Shown piece by piece: positions 51,134 to 64,000 of a stretch of DNA of 64,000 nucleotides. The notes under the pieces were generated by a model. That model was not told the DNA's origin and ran no database searches. It saw only the letters and a list, made by a program, of their open reading frames with translations. This DNA is from Sarea resinae (Eukaryota): assembly GCA_026026165.1 (NCBI GenBank), contig JAPEUD010000042.1:62001-126000 (forward strand), given 5' to 3'. The position numbers and the translations under genes are program-made. Position 1 is the first letter of the stretch. Each line of letters starts with the position of its first letter.

Positions 51134-54100
51134 CTAACTATCCGCCAACTTGGCAAAATGCTTATTCCAGATCCACCCCAACGTATTGGTAGGATCGTCC
51201 TGATTCTTCGCCAACCAGAGCTCACCCTTCTCGCCAATGACGTCGAAGATTTCTCCTGGGACATACGTGAGATACGGATACCCAGCCTCTCGTCTGGCGC
51301 GATCGATGTTGAACTCATAGCAGCTAGCCACGAGAAACAAGACGTTGTAATCATGAGGGCCGTCGTGAACTGGTGGGGAGGCAGCTCGAGATGTACTCGG
51401 TGAGTGCTCGGACATAGGCAAGGCGGAGGAGAAGATGCCAGAGAAGCGGACATTAGGACTGGAGGACTGTGGTGGAATTTCGTGCGCGGTTGTGTAATAG
51501 GTTGAGCCTGATGGCGGGCGAGCGGCGGTGGCGGAGCTGGTGCTAAGGCGTGGAAAGGCGACTGATGAGTTGTTGCTTTGGCTTGAGGTGGACGGTCGAG
51601 GTTGGTAACCCGTGCTGGGTGTACTGGCCGAGAAGGAGCGGATCCCTGGTAGAGGTGGGGTCGAAGAACCACGGTTCGAAGTGTTAGAACCGGCTCGCAC
51701 GCGGCCGATTGCCGAGGGCTGATTTGGCTGCTGAGGACCTGATGGGAGTCCAGGTAATGTCTCGCCGAGAGGAGAAAAGCTGAAGTTACCACTGTTGCGT
51801 TTGCCAAAATCTGGAGTTGGTAGAGACGGAGATACGTCATCGCTGGACATGGCGCGATTTCGGGAGCTGTCCAATGTCGAAGGCCGCCTAAGAGAAGAGG
51901 AATCATCATTCACGGCGGTGGTTGACGGCGTGAGAAAACTGGCGGCGTCGGCGAGCAGAGAGCCGTTGCAAATACCAAGAGTTGTAATTTGAGCTTGGAA
52001 GAAGGCAAAATCTCCAGAGAATTGGTCAATGATATCGGAGATATGTTTGGGTAGCTGGTTTTCTTCGATGGTGGATTTAATCTTCTCCTGCCAAACGGAC
52101 TGCCACTGGGCTTGGAGTTCAACAAAGCTGTTGAGACAGGCTTCAACCAGCTTGCCTGTGAGTGAATAGAGTCGCGGCAACTCATCTTTGAGCGTATCAT
52201 TAAGGGCGATGAATTGCTCGGCATGTTCTTGAGTCTTTTTGTCTGGCTTGTCACTCCGTTCTTTGACCGATTTGTATCTGGCGTAGTCGATTATGCGCTT
52301 GTTGCGTTTCTGCATGATTCTCTGCGGTCCGTCGTGCAACCTGAGCAGCGTTGCCATAGGCTCGATGACGCTCTTCCTTACTGCCGATTTCTGATGAAAA
52401 GTTAGCACAGGTCTCAATCTTCGTATCATCCTGGGAAGCTTACGTGCTCGGAAAGGGCAGTCATCGAGATGGCCCTCATTGACATTGCAAACCGCCGCCA
52501 TTTGCTTTCCAGCTCGGGATGATTGCTCTGACCAACATCAATAAAACCCTCTATCGCTGAAGCGTACTGGTTGAATCGGTCTATGTGATCCTGCACATCG
52601 TTGAGATACATCTCCACGTCCCTCATGACGACCTGCAATTGAATAAAATGCGGTCCAAATTTCTCTGCGAGGGCGTTGTACTCTCGATCTTCCACTGCAT
52701 CGGAGAGGCCGACTTGTTGCCTTAGCTTTTCTGTTCGTCTACCGAAAGCTTTGCTGAACCCCATCCGAACGTCGGATTCTTTGCGTTTGCGACCCACGAT
52801 CTGCTCGACTAAGTCGGCCCGCTTCTTGATATCGTTAATTCGACGAGAAGCAGCCGTGATTTCACGGATTGCCACATCCAACGCAGTGAAGTCGGGGTGA
52901 TTTTCTGGTGTGACTTCCAGTAGCTGCGAGAGCAACAGCGGATATTTCAGGATCCGCTGCACAGGCTTGACGAGTAGAGAGTCCAGATCCCATGCATTGG
53001 TAATATCTTGATGACAAGCATGACACTCACGTAGCCATATGCTCACTTTCGGCTGTGACTGCAAGCTCTGTAACCGTTTGTTTGCAGAATCATGGTTCCT
53101 GAGATAATCACCGTACACCTTTTCCATGCTTGCCATGTGCTGACCGAATATTTCGCCGAGGAAGGTCTTCCTGTCTTTCTCGTCGTCGGTCAAGTCAGCC
53201 GTCATCATCGAAGATTGATCTTCCGTACTGGCACTATTGGCGGTTGAGACGCTCCCACGCTTGAGCCTCCAGCGATGCTGCTTCGCCATCACATAGACAC
53301 TCGAAGCTGCTTGCTTGAGTGCATCAAGGAAGCCCTCGGAAAAGGCGACGATCTCGTCAGTATTGCCAAAGAGTACCTTGACATCTTCAGTCGTGAGGAC
53401 ATCAACCGCGGTGGAGGTTTCCTTATAGATGCTTTGGATGACCTTCATATCTTGATTGAAAGAATATTCAGTGTCTACAAGCTCCTTGATGAGATGCCGC
53501 CTCTTGATTAAGCGGCGCTGTTCCGGAGAAGGTGACGGATCTTTCCCTGAAACATCTGTGGATGGACGAGACTGCCGATCTTGGCTAATTCGCTCTTGCG
53601 ATAAAGAGGTCCGAGGGACTCGAGAAGGTACGGGTTGAATGGTCTGCTGAACAGAAGAATCGCCGTTTAGCTGGGTTTGGGGTCTCGAAGCGAAGCCATC
53701 GGCCGATACATTCGGAAAAATCGTGGACTGTGGGTTCCTACTGTAGATACTAGGAGAAGGTGGCGACCGCTCAGTCGTAGATAACGGCTCATCTATCGGA
53801 GGATGGAAAGGGGGGGGTGGAGGCGAATGATCTGGGAATGGGGGCAGAGGCATGACACTCGAATCTTCCGGCGAATCAACCTGGATTGCCAGTCCTAGCC
53901 CCTCTCCGGTGTCTTCTATCTCGGGAAGCTGAAATCGGGGGATAGAAACACTGTCTTCTTGCATTCCATCATGACTCGGTTCCTGACGGGTAGATTGATC
54001 GGGGACGACTGCGTTAGAAGCTGGAGCCCAATCCTTTGGTGGAGGGGTCGGCGGCCTCTCTTCCTCGGGCTCTTCTGCCTCAGAGCGTTCAGGCGGATCA

Positions 54101-57100
54101 GTCTGGATCCACCCACTCAGTGAAGGAGATTCATCAACAAAATCTTCAGCACCTCCAGACCCGCGTTTGTCGATTGGGGAGTTTGACTGCTGCAAATGTG
54201 ATTGACTGCCTCGTGTCTCTAGACTGGGTTCTGAATCAAGAGAAATTTCCAGGGGGTTCTCTCGAGCTTCAACGGTCGGAGGACTGAGCTGTTCAGCGTC
54301 CTTTCTATCAGATCTATCGTAAAGTTCTGGACTGCGGCCCTGATCATCAAACCTCCCACGGGCTAACTCTTGCAGATAGAGTTGGGCTATCTTCGTTGTA
54401 TCCCATCCTCTCTGTCTAGCAAGTTCTGGCGACTGAGAAAATAGCTGTTGTTGGAAGCTGTGAATCATAGCTGGACTAACGAGATCGGGGTCATGGTAGT
54501 GTTCCAACACTCGATTGACGGAGCTATAAGCGTCACTATCGATACTCCATTTGCCAGTCATCGGTGTCGCGAGTGGGTTAGGCGACAGAAGCTGGGAGGT
54601 TCGACTTTCCTCAGGGCTAGATTGATCCAAAACAGCGCTAGAATTGGCGCCGTTCGCATCAGCGTAGACGTCGTTCCTCAAGTACGGCTGATCTCTGTTA
54701 AGCGCACCTTCGTTGAAAGGCAGAGTTGAGGAATTTGCTCCCCACAGGTGGCCCCCTTCAAGCGAGGACGACGTCCGTCCCGAGTCTAGCTCCCATTGGT
54801 ATCGATCAGGCCTGAGATTTTGGAGTTGATTAATTTGCTCCACGGGAGTAACACCAAGCATGATCTGAATCGATTCTCTATCGTCCCTATCCGAGGAGAG
54901 ATCATCGGCAAATTGAGTTATCGTACTTGTTGGGCTTGACTGGCGCATTTGCATGATTTGGCTCAAAACGGTCCGTTGTTTGCTACTGAGCTCATATTCA
55001 ACAGTCGGCCCTTGAGTATCGATAGTAAGTGTTGGTGCTGGAATGATGGCGGCCCGTTCGGGACTTAGCTGGCGCTTGGGAGAACCTTTTGGCGTCGGCA
55101 GGCTATCAGGGACGCCCAAAGTGGGCGAATCGTCATCCTCAATTTCAAACTCAGTGTCGTCGGCCAAGGAATCTTCATTGGCGTCAGATGGTGGCTCGAC
55201 ATTTGACGGAGGTGACACAGTATTCAGTGCAGGTTCCTCGGGCGGGGCGGGGAGGACATCTGGGATAGGACTTGCAGCCAGCGTTGCTGTCTCCGCCTCT
55301 ACTCCGTCGGCTTGGTCTTCGGATTGCTGCTCCTCTGTACCTTCAATAGGATCTTGTGGGATCTGAGCCGCCTTATCCTTTTCTTCCTTCTTCATAGCTT
55401 CCTCGCGCTCTTTCTTCTCTATCTCCTGCACACCGAGGGTGAATGCTTTCTGTATTCTTTCTCTCCTGGCAGCAAAATCTACCGCGCCCAGCTCGGGGAT
55501 CCTCTTAGGTTTTGGGTTGATCTCCTTCCTCGGGCGACCATCTGAGGCGGAGGAGTCCATGGCTTTCGTCGCATACCGATCAACTACCCTTGCCCTTGAT
55601 GCCGAGGTCGAAGCAGAAGAAACCGGTAAACGTGGTCGTGAGCTACGCAATGGCGGCGATACTTTAGGCAACGGCGCAGAAATGTAGGCCTTCAAGCTCG
55701 GACTATTTCCTGGTTTCTTCCCAGGACTCCGGTCATCGCGTCTACTGGTGATGATCCTTGGAGGAGTGGATGGTCGCTTCAGACCCGATGTCGGACTCGT
55801 CAGGTTGCTAATGGGCTTCGGAATGGCACTCCTCCCCTTTGGAGGCGTGACCTTTCTTGTCATCCTGAGGCCGTTGGAAGACTCAACCGTTGTTGATGGG
55901 GACGATGCTCCGGAATCGGACGCCGCACTTTGTCGTCTAGTGCTAAGAGGTATGCGGGATTGGGAGCTTCTTCGCTTCTTACTGTTCTTCGGACTCGAGG
56001 ATTGTTCCATGGCCGGATGATTCGTGATGCTCGCCTTCTGTGCCTGAAATGGGCCGCCACTTGCTGGGGAGGGCACTCCAGAGATGTCGCTTCTGGTCCT
56101 TCGATGGGCCTTACGAGGACTCCGCGGACTGTTCTTGCAATGAGCGTGGTCGTCAGACCCGTCTACTGATGGGCTGAAGCCAAAATACCACGCGGTTGGT
56201 GAAACGGGGGTGCCAATGTCTGATCGACTACGGTTGTGTGGAAACATGGGATTTGGACTGTGCATGCTCCCTTCGGAACCTCTGCGATGGTGACGTGGTA
56301 TGCCATACCCAGGATCAGCTGTCGTAGTAAGTGATGGTATCACCTCGCCAAAGAGCGGCCGCAAGGAAGACTCTGGAGAATCTGCTCGGAGATTCGTCAG
56401 AGACTGAGAGGTAGAGGCACTCGCAGTGTGTTCCGAGTAGGACCGCTCAGTGTTGGACGGCCGTGATGTTCTCCCGCTAGATGGTATTCCTGCCTGCCTA
56501 TGTTCCCGCTTCTCCGATTGCCCGTGGCTGTAGGCAGTCCGGCGCGGAGGTGATGTCACACCTTTCGTCGGCTTGCGTGCGTTGGGAATCTTGGATGTCG
56601 TTGGGGCCCAGGCTCTTCCTTCATTGCTACTACCACTTCGTCTGTCGGAGCCCGGCGAAGCAGATCTGAACTCTGGGCGACTCGGTACTGGCAGCAGTTC
56701 ATCGTTCTGCTGATTGAATCGATTGACCAGGTCTTTCAATGACGGCCGTTGCAACCTCGAGGAGCTCAAGAGCGCCGGATTTGATTTGGCATTCCCTATC
56801 GGTACCTGCCCATTTGGCGCCGAGGACGAGCGATAGGAAGGCTGAGGGATCTTCCTGGATGCCAATGGGGCGAGTTTAGACGTTGGTATACTACCGCGAT
56901 TGGAGGGGTTCGTTCTCCGTTGATATCCCGATGTCGTCATGCCGTATGCTCCCTCCGTATCCGCCCCGTCCGAGTGTGCTGAACTTCCTGTTGGCTCGGC
57001 GGCAAAGAACTGAGGGCTCTGTCTGTAGAAATCGTGAGGATCGGGGGAATGATGGTCGACCGAAGGCCCATTCGCGCAATCTGCGAGACGACTGTTCACT

Positions 57101-57330
57101 GCATAGCTTTCGTACGTCGTCGAGACTGTCGGTCGTTTCGGCGCGTCGAGACGAACGCGGCCGTAATTTAACGGTTGGAGCGGTTTACTTGGAGGTGATG
57201 AAGACGTCTGGAATCGGAGGTCGTCGCGGTCTTCGTGAGTCGGTGGGATGGCGCTCTGGAGAGACGGGACAAGACCATGCTGGTGAGGGTGTAATGTGTA
57301 ATAATTGTGATCGGAGTCGCCTGAAGCCAT
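51134..57330 (-). CDS. Rho guanine nucleotide exchange factor, DH-BAR-SH3 (Tuba/DNMBP/Gef1-like); intron 52391-52443
   Basis: DH domain KRRHLIKELVDTEYSF...SLLVKPVQRILKYPLLL...TPENHPD, a BAR-like helical region (KRNKRIIDY...LNDTLKDELP) and a C-terminal SH3-like domain (FLVASCYEF...YLTYVPGEIFDVIGEKGELWLA...GWIW). Long disordered N-terminus; first ATG at 57330. Confidence 0.9.
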
Positions 57331-57797
57331 GCTGGAAAGAGGACATGAGGTGTCAATGACCAGACGTGCCTCAGGTGGAGGTGAGAGGGATGTCGCGCAT
57401 TGCTCGCCCAACCAGCGTTTCGTATGGACGGCGAAGCGATGAGTTGTCTGGCACTTGCAGGCTTGATGCTTCAGACTGACACCTCAGCAAGCTCGGCCCA
57501 GACTGTCGCTGGCGCTGGAAGAAGGAAATCCCAGGGAAGGCTAATAGGGGGAGGAGGAAGGGGTGGGGGAAGGACGGTCATGCACGCCCCGAGAAACGAG
57601 AGTGTTGTGCCCTGTGTCCTGTCGTCCTCCAGATGAAGAGAGGTCGACGACATCCAAGGTGCACCGTGAGGAGCTCGACAAATCAGCGAGTGGGCGTAGC
57701 TTCTTGTGCCACCGAACTCTGACGGACGACCAACTTCGCCTCGGCCAGGTAGCGGTAGCTGTCACTCACTGACTACGAACCTTACCTTCCCTCACTC

Positions 57798-57825
57798 TAC
57801 CTACCTACCTACCTACCTACCTACC
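57798..57825. repeat. (TACC)n microsatellite
   Basis: About 7 copies of tacc in the RhoGEF/TERT intergenic region. Confidence 0.8.
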
Positions 57826-59570
57826 TGCTCTACCTCTCCTAATTTCTACACCGTCCTTTTTGTTTGGAGGGCAGAGAGCAACAACCAGCAGGGAGACGAG
57901 ACTACTCCGTTCACTACATGTGTTGACCTCATGTGGTCCGAAGAAGCAGCAGGAAGAGCCGTTCCGCGTGAATGCTCTGATCTGCCCATACATGCACAGC
58001 ATCTTTCACCCGAGCATCGAATGGACACATGAATACTCCAGAGTAAATGGGCCAGATGGATGAACGAACTCTGGGATGAATGGATGGATGGATATGAGAT
58101 GGAAGCTGATCTCTTGCCGTAACGCGTAAGGGGCAGGACGGGAGGTACTGCGGTACTTGAGTCGTGACCGCAAGGTACGCCGACAACTGCGAGGTTCCCC
58201 TCCAAAGTACATGTCTCGCCAGGTCTACAGGTACGCACGCTGTACGAATGACTACTCATGGCCTGTACACAGGGAACCTACCGAGTACCTGCTCCGGCCG
58301 GATACTCGCTCGTACCTGGAAGAATCCAAGAATAGACCAGACCCGACACCTCCAAGCCCGGGAGCTTTGCCAACGCCCAACATGAGTCAAGTCACGAGTA
58401 GTACGCAGCTTCCCTCGCTCTTCTCAAATCTGTGATCGCTTGGCCCCCCCGTTGCACGATCATGAAGCACGAATGGGTACCGAGGTAATGTGCTCCGTAC
58501 TCCGAGTACAGAGTACACATGGCTTGGCTGCTTGCTACCCTCAATCGCCTCACTCGAAGTACTCCATAATAGCTGTTCGTCCTAGGGAGAGAAGCAAGGT
58601 AGTCCGAGAGTACCTTACGCACTCCTCGACGGGCGATTGATGGCTCCAGCTTTCGGTCCGTGGATAGGCGAGGCCGCGGGATAGGAAAGCGGTCCATGAT
58701 GGAATTCCCTGGTTGCCGGGGACGCTTCAGGCCAAAGACGTGGGACGAGAAGAGATGGATCGGTGGGAGTTGCGCTGATCCATCCGTGCTGACTGGCTGA
58801 TGGCCGAGGGAAAAGCCAGAGGCGAGCGAGCGAATCGAGAGAATCTCGCCGTGTACCTTAATCTATTGGACCCGCCTGCCCCTGGTCGGCTCGCCCGAGG
58901 GGCTACTTGAGGCGGACTGCCGTCCTAGCTCCTTCCGCCTGCTGATTAGGGCTTGCCTACCTGGGTAGTCTGCATCCAGTGCGTCAAGTGCATCGACCGT
59001 CCAGGGTCCCGGCGACTAAGGACGAAGCTAGAGCAGCCAACAGAGGGAAGGTAAGATACCTCCCGACTCCAGAACGGGATTTGGCCCTTTGCTGATATGA
59101 CGAGCGGGAAGAGAGCATGAGAGGGGAGTCTTTCTCGACTGGGCTCAGACTCTCTCATCGCCGACCACAAAGCAAGAGGACATCCAATCGGTCCTCGATC
59201 GTTCGAATGAGAAGAAAGAAAAGGGGATGAGAAGAACGGGAAGGTATGTACTCCGGATCAGGTCCGGCAGGTGGATGTCGCGATGTACATTGTACATTGC
59301 ATATTGTGATTTGCAATGGAACATACTTACATAGTACTATAGGACATGCACAGATCTGTTATGAATGATGAACCTCATATGTACTCGGACCACACGGGCA
59401 GGCCTGAAGGTCGACGTGACAAAGGGACAGCCAGAGACGGTGCACAGTTGAGGACCGTAGGTACTCGGAGTAGATATCATTGATGAGGTACCTTACTCTT
59501 CTGCCCGTCTCCTCGACTTCCTGCCGCAGTATCGTAGACGAAGTACTTGCAAGTCGCACTGTCCGTCCAT

Positions 59571-59589
59571 GACGCGTTAGTAACGCGTC
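59571..59589 (+). promoter_or_regulatory. Twin MCB boxes forming a perfect inverted repeat upstream of TERT
   Basis: GACGCGTTA-G-TAACGCGTC (ACGCGT at 59572 and 59583), with an additional CGCGAAA at 59831. The ATG is at 60010. Confidence 0.55.
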
Positions 59590-60009
59590 CCAATTCGAAA
59601 CGCCACAACCTACACCTCATCGCGACGGTGCTATACGGAGTACTCTACATAATTCACAGACACTGACCCAGGGTGCATCAGATGCTGTACCCATCGTACG
59701 CCGGACGGTAGCCACCTTGCTTGATGGCAAGATAGGGATCGCCGTAAAGAATTGTATTTTGACTACTGAAGATTGAAGAGAACATACCGAAAGTAGGTAC
59801 ATGAGGTAGATTGAGGATTTAGGGAGGTATCGCGAAAGATAGCTCATAATGCCGAGACTTCCATTCAACAAGGTCGCCATAGTATGAGTTGCCTTCTGGA
59901 GGCCCATCAACCTTCACGATCTGTATCCACTGACATATTCGAGCAATCCGTCCCCTTCCTACACCCATGACTCCCCACCTTGGTCAGCCTGGAGATTGAG
60001 TGTTACGCC

Positions 60010-63000
60010 ATGGGGCGTAAGAGAAAGCGGACAAGGCCCAGCAAGCCGGTTGTGGATATTCCTTCGGCGAAGCGTTTGAAGGTCGCCGCGCCCAACCAAC
60101 TATCGGAGTTGATTGCGGACAGCATCCTTCAACATCCTGTATTATCGCTTTATTACCATCAAGTGTTCAGTCTGAGAAAATATTTCTTGTCAAGGCTTCC
60201 GGCATCTTCGAGAGCAAGACGAAAGAAGATCGCGACGCTAGGTCGGCAAGAGTTTGAAAAGCCTCTCGCCGATCTTCTGGACTCGACCCTGGTTGGGATT
60301 AGAGAAACGCAGGGCGGATCGGAAAATTTCAAGGCGGCAGATGTTGCAGCATACTCGCAGCAGCAGCTTGCCTCTACCGTTGCTAACAGCCTCGGGAGCG
60401 GATCAAGCTCTCAATCAGAGGTCTGTCTCCGTTTTTTCTTAATTTTCAATTACGACCTAGTGCTGGGTTTTGTTTTCTTTGGTCCGAAGATGTATCTTCA
60501 TCCTTGGATTCTTTCGCTACTTCTCTCATTCAAGGTCCTAATCTCAAGAGGACCGGTGTTTTCTCTTGCGTCCTCTACTTTAACTTCATGCTTTGTATGA
60601 CTATGCGGTACGCTGATGATCACAGGTCATTGATTTTGCCATCTGGTTACTCTTTAACAGGAAATCTCGCGGAGCAAATCGACCTCCACATCTATTATGC
60701 CATGGCTATCAGCGTTCCGCTTTTGCTCCCCGGAGAATCCACTCTCACAATCCTGTGGAGAGCATACCGGGCTTGGTGTCACATTCTCCCAATCCTTACG
60801 TGGATACCGTCAAAAGCTCGCTATGGGGCGATATGCTCTCTCTTCTAGGCAAAGAGGGGGAGCGACTTATGATTGATCTCGTTCTGGATTGCGGGATCTT
60901 TTCTCCAGTCAGCAAGGGAATTGGAAACTTCTATCAAATAAGTGGTACGTGGTCTGACGAGCTGCAAAAACCAAAATCCGTCGCATAACCGTAATATACA
61001 GGTGTTCCTCTGTCTGAGTTGAGCGTTCTTGAGAAAGAACCAAGTCTGTATATGAAGCCACCACAAACAGCGCATGGTGTGATTCCACTGAATAATCCTC
61101 CGGCCATTCTGCATACTCCAGGAAACATCGTGTTTGTTCGAAGCCGTATGCTATACGCTCGAGCGGCTGTAAACGCCAAAGGCGAGGTCTCTTTTGGAAT
61201 GCGGCATATCCGTGAGTGTATTCTTGGTATACCTATCACTTTGGCGTACTGATGTTGCAAAGACGTTCTGAATAGGTATCCCAATGGCCGATCCTCAAAG
61301 CATACGATTCACCTCATGAAGTATATTTTTCCTCGTCAGTTCGGCCTCCACAATGTGTTCACCTCGGCGGTCGATTTCCGCGAGACAGCGCAACCATTCA
61401 AAGATTATACGCTGAGGGAGCAAGAGATTGCGCAGGCTATGCTTCATGAAGCCTCAAGGCGAAGGCGGAAAGGTAGTGAAGCCGAAGCGTCGCCAGACAA
61501 GATTCCGAAACGACTTCGAGGGGTACCCTTCGAACTTACCGGGAAATTGCAAAAATTGCACGCACGTTGTTCGTATACAGAACTACTTAGACATTATTGC
61601 CCTAGAGAAGTATGCTTCATGAGTCTAAGCATTAGTATAGCAAGGGAAGCTGATGTATGTTTTAGGTTCGGCACAAGTCAGATAAAATGAATCCCGCCGA
61701 GAAAGTCGAAGAGGCGTTCAATAGTAATTCAGAAGTGCTGGGGCTACAGCAAGATGTTAGTGAAACTTCAGAGGCAAGGATCAGGGCGAACTTCACACCC
61801 CTTGTGACCTCTTCGAATCAGAAGCAGCAGCATCTTGATTTTGCAACTCCCCCAGCTCAAGTATCTGCATTCTGCCGGGCGGTGATTGGCAATGTGTTTC
61901 CAAACGACTTCTGGGGCATTGGCGATGTAGGCGTCGAAAATCAGAAAGTCATAATGCGCAATGTCGACCGTTTCATCCACCTGAGGAAATTTGAGAACCA
62001 GTCTCTACACGAAGTTGTGCAGGACATGAAGGTTATTGATCTTCTCCTATTGCCGTTTATGTTTGCTAAAATAAGGCAGGTCACACACATTCCCTGGCTC
62101 TGCACCCCAAAGCAGGATGCGTCTTGTAAAGTGTCTCTGCCAGAGATGAGGAAACGCTGCGAGATCTTCCTTGAATTTGCATACTATATCTTCGATTCCT
62201 TCCTGATTCCTCTCGTTCGATCCAACTTTCACGTCACTGAGTCTAATCGTCACAGCAATCGCCTGTTCTACTTTCGCCATGATGTTTGGCGGTCTTTGAC
62301 CGAGCCTGCCTTGGCTGGCTTGCGTCTATCCATGTTTGAAGAGATGAAAGTGGAGAAAGCGAGAATGATTCTGGACACGAGCTCTTTAGCATTCAGTCAG
62401 ATACGATTGCTTCCAAAACAAAACGGAGTCCGAATGATTATGAACTTGAGAAGAAGAGTCATGCGCCAAAAAAATGGCAGAAAGGTGCTGGGAAGGAGCA
62501 TAAACTCTGTACTAGCACCGGTTCACAACATGCTACGTTACGAGAAGGTAGTGACATCTTTATTTTATTTTCGATTCTAGCTGACAGCGTATTACAGAGA
62601 GCGCAACCGGAGAAGCTTGGGTCGGCACTCTTCTCAGTCGGGGATATGCATCCTCGGCTGAAACAATTCAAACAAAACTTACAACAGCGCAGGTTGGACA
62701 AGCGGCCCTTGTTCTTTGCCAAAGTGGACGTGCAATCCTGTTTCGATACAATGCCACAGAATAGGGTTGTCCGTCTCGTGGAGAAACTGGTTACTGAAGA
62801 CAAATACTGTCTTTTCCGACACGCTGAGATCAGACCCCCGCAAGACTACGAACAAGCGGCTCACTCAAAACAAATTGCTAAGCCAAGGAGGAAGTTCGTC
62901 ACCAATGCCAAGGGAGCGAGCGATTCCACCACTTTTGCGCAAGAGATCGAAAGAGAATTGGCGCCAGGTGGAAAAAACACTGTATTTGTTGATAATGTAG

Positions 63001-64000
63001 TGCAACAAGTACAGGACACAGAAAGGCTTCTCGATCTTCTCGACGAGCATGTCCAGCAGAACATGGTCAAGATCGGAAAGAAGTACTATCGTCAGAAACG
63101 TGGGGTTCCTCAAGGCTCTGTATTGTCTAGTCTTCTATGCAACTTTTTTTATGCAGACCTTGAGCAGCACTTTCTTGGCTTTCTAGATCAAGACAGCCTG
63201 TTGCTCCGTCTCATCGATGATTTTCTTCTCATCACGTTAAGGCAAGATCACGCGGAGCGCTTCTTACAGATCATGCACGACGGCAAACCCTCTTATGGTG
63301 TTTCCGTCAATCCAGACAAGAGTTTGGTGAATTTCGACGTTTGTTTAGCTGGAAAACTGATTCGGAGACAGCCAGCCTCCACAGGATTTCCTTACTGTGG
63401 AAATATAATCGACCCCAAGACGCTGGACATCAGTCGAGATTGGCAGAGAAAGGAGGATACAGGTTATAGCGCTCTCTTCCTTCATGAGACCCGATGTGCT
63501 AATTCTTGCCAGCCATTGCGAATTCGCTCACGGTAGAGTTCTCCAAGCTTCCGGGGAAAACATTTCATCGAAAGGCGCTGAAGTATGTAACAGTCCAAGT
63601 CCAGCACTTGGTAGCAAGACTAATACCGAGAACGTCAGCGCACTCAAGATTCAGGCGCATGCAATGCTTCTGGATACAGCGTACAATTCTCTAAGCACTG
63701 TTTACTCCAACCTCTACCGAGCCTTTCGAGAATCAGCGATGAAAATTTATCGCTATGTTAAATGCCTACCACAAGGCAAGCGACCCAGGCCGGCATTCTT
63801 CTACAGTAAGTCGGTCACACATCACTAAAGTTATGGCCGGCGCTCGCCGTAGGATATGGTTGGGCTCTTGGCCGATTCCGAGGCCTTATCTGTCCCTTAT
63901 CAACCTTATGACGATCGCTGGAGCGAGAAATGTGGCAGATAGCTAACGGAAGGCTACCGTGCGCAGAGACTATTGAGGATGTGCTTGAGCTTGCCTTTGT
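60010..64000 (+). CDS. TERT: Telomerase reverse transcriptase (at least 10 exons; 3' end beyond the window)
   Basis: TEN region (HLLCHGY, LLGKEGE..DCGIF..NFYQISGVPL), YIFPRQFGLHNVF, CP motif CSYTELLRHYCP, T motif FHVTESN..RLFYFRHDVW, motifs 1/2 IRLLPK/VRMIMNL, A FAKVDVQSCFDTM, B' YRQKRGVPQGSVLSSLLC, C LLRLIDDFLLIT and E FPYCG. The last exon seen starts at ~63967. Confidence 0.97.

Noticed and set aside
8245..51909. Long antisense/overlapping ORFs (e.g. 8794-9387, 13047-13760, 17538-18323, 35938-36663, 48764-49531, 50842-51909)
   Set aside because: Shadow ORFs caused by GC3-rich codon usage or low-complexity sequence of the real genes; no recognisable domains.
60010..64000. Reverse transcriptase as a retroelement
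   Set aside because: It has telomerase-specific T/CP motifs and many spliceosomal introns, with no gag, integrase or LTR; it is cellular TERT.

Overview
Gene-dense chromosomal segment of a filamentous ascomycete (Pezizomycotina; short GT-AG introns with CTRAC branch points). It carries 13 recognisable protein-coding genes: a hexose transporter, an RQT4/ASC-1-like C2HC5 protein, phosphomannomutase SEC53, an 8-exon UHRF1-type SRA-YDG protein, a nitronate monooxygenase, RPB11, PAN1, a WRN/EXD2-like 3'-5' exonuclease, a sphingolipid C9-methyltransferase, an FMO, MSH3, an NF-X1/Fap1 protein and a DH-BAR-SH3 RhoGEF. A 14th gene, telomerase reverse transcriptase (TERT), runs off the right edge. The first ~7 kb has no recognisable gene: an AT-rich, RIP-like edge, broken ORFs and a GTAC-rich upstream region. 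I could support no tRNA, rRNA, CRISPR array or intact transposon. The most notable observations are: (1) RPB11 has a canonical MNAPDR micro-exon plus an apparent second promoter and in-frame start nested in its 726-nt first intron, predicting an N-terminally extended Pol II subunit; (2) introns 1-4 of the SRA gene are homologous to each other, suggesting serial exon-intron duplication; (3) paired MCB (ACGCGT) boxes lie upstream of both MSH3 and TERT. All gene calls come from motif recognition and manual splicing, not database searches.
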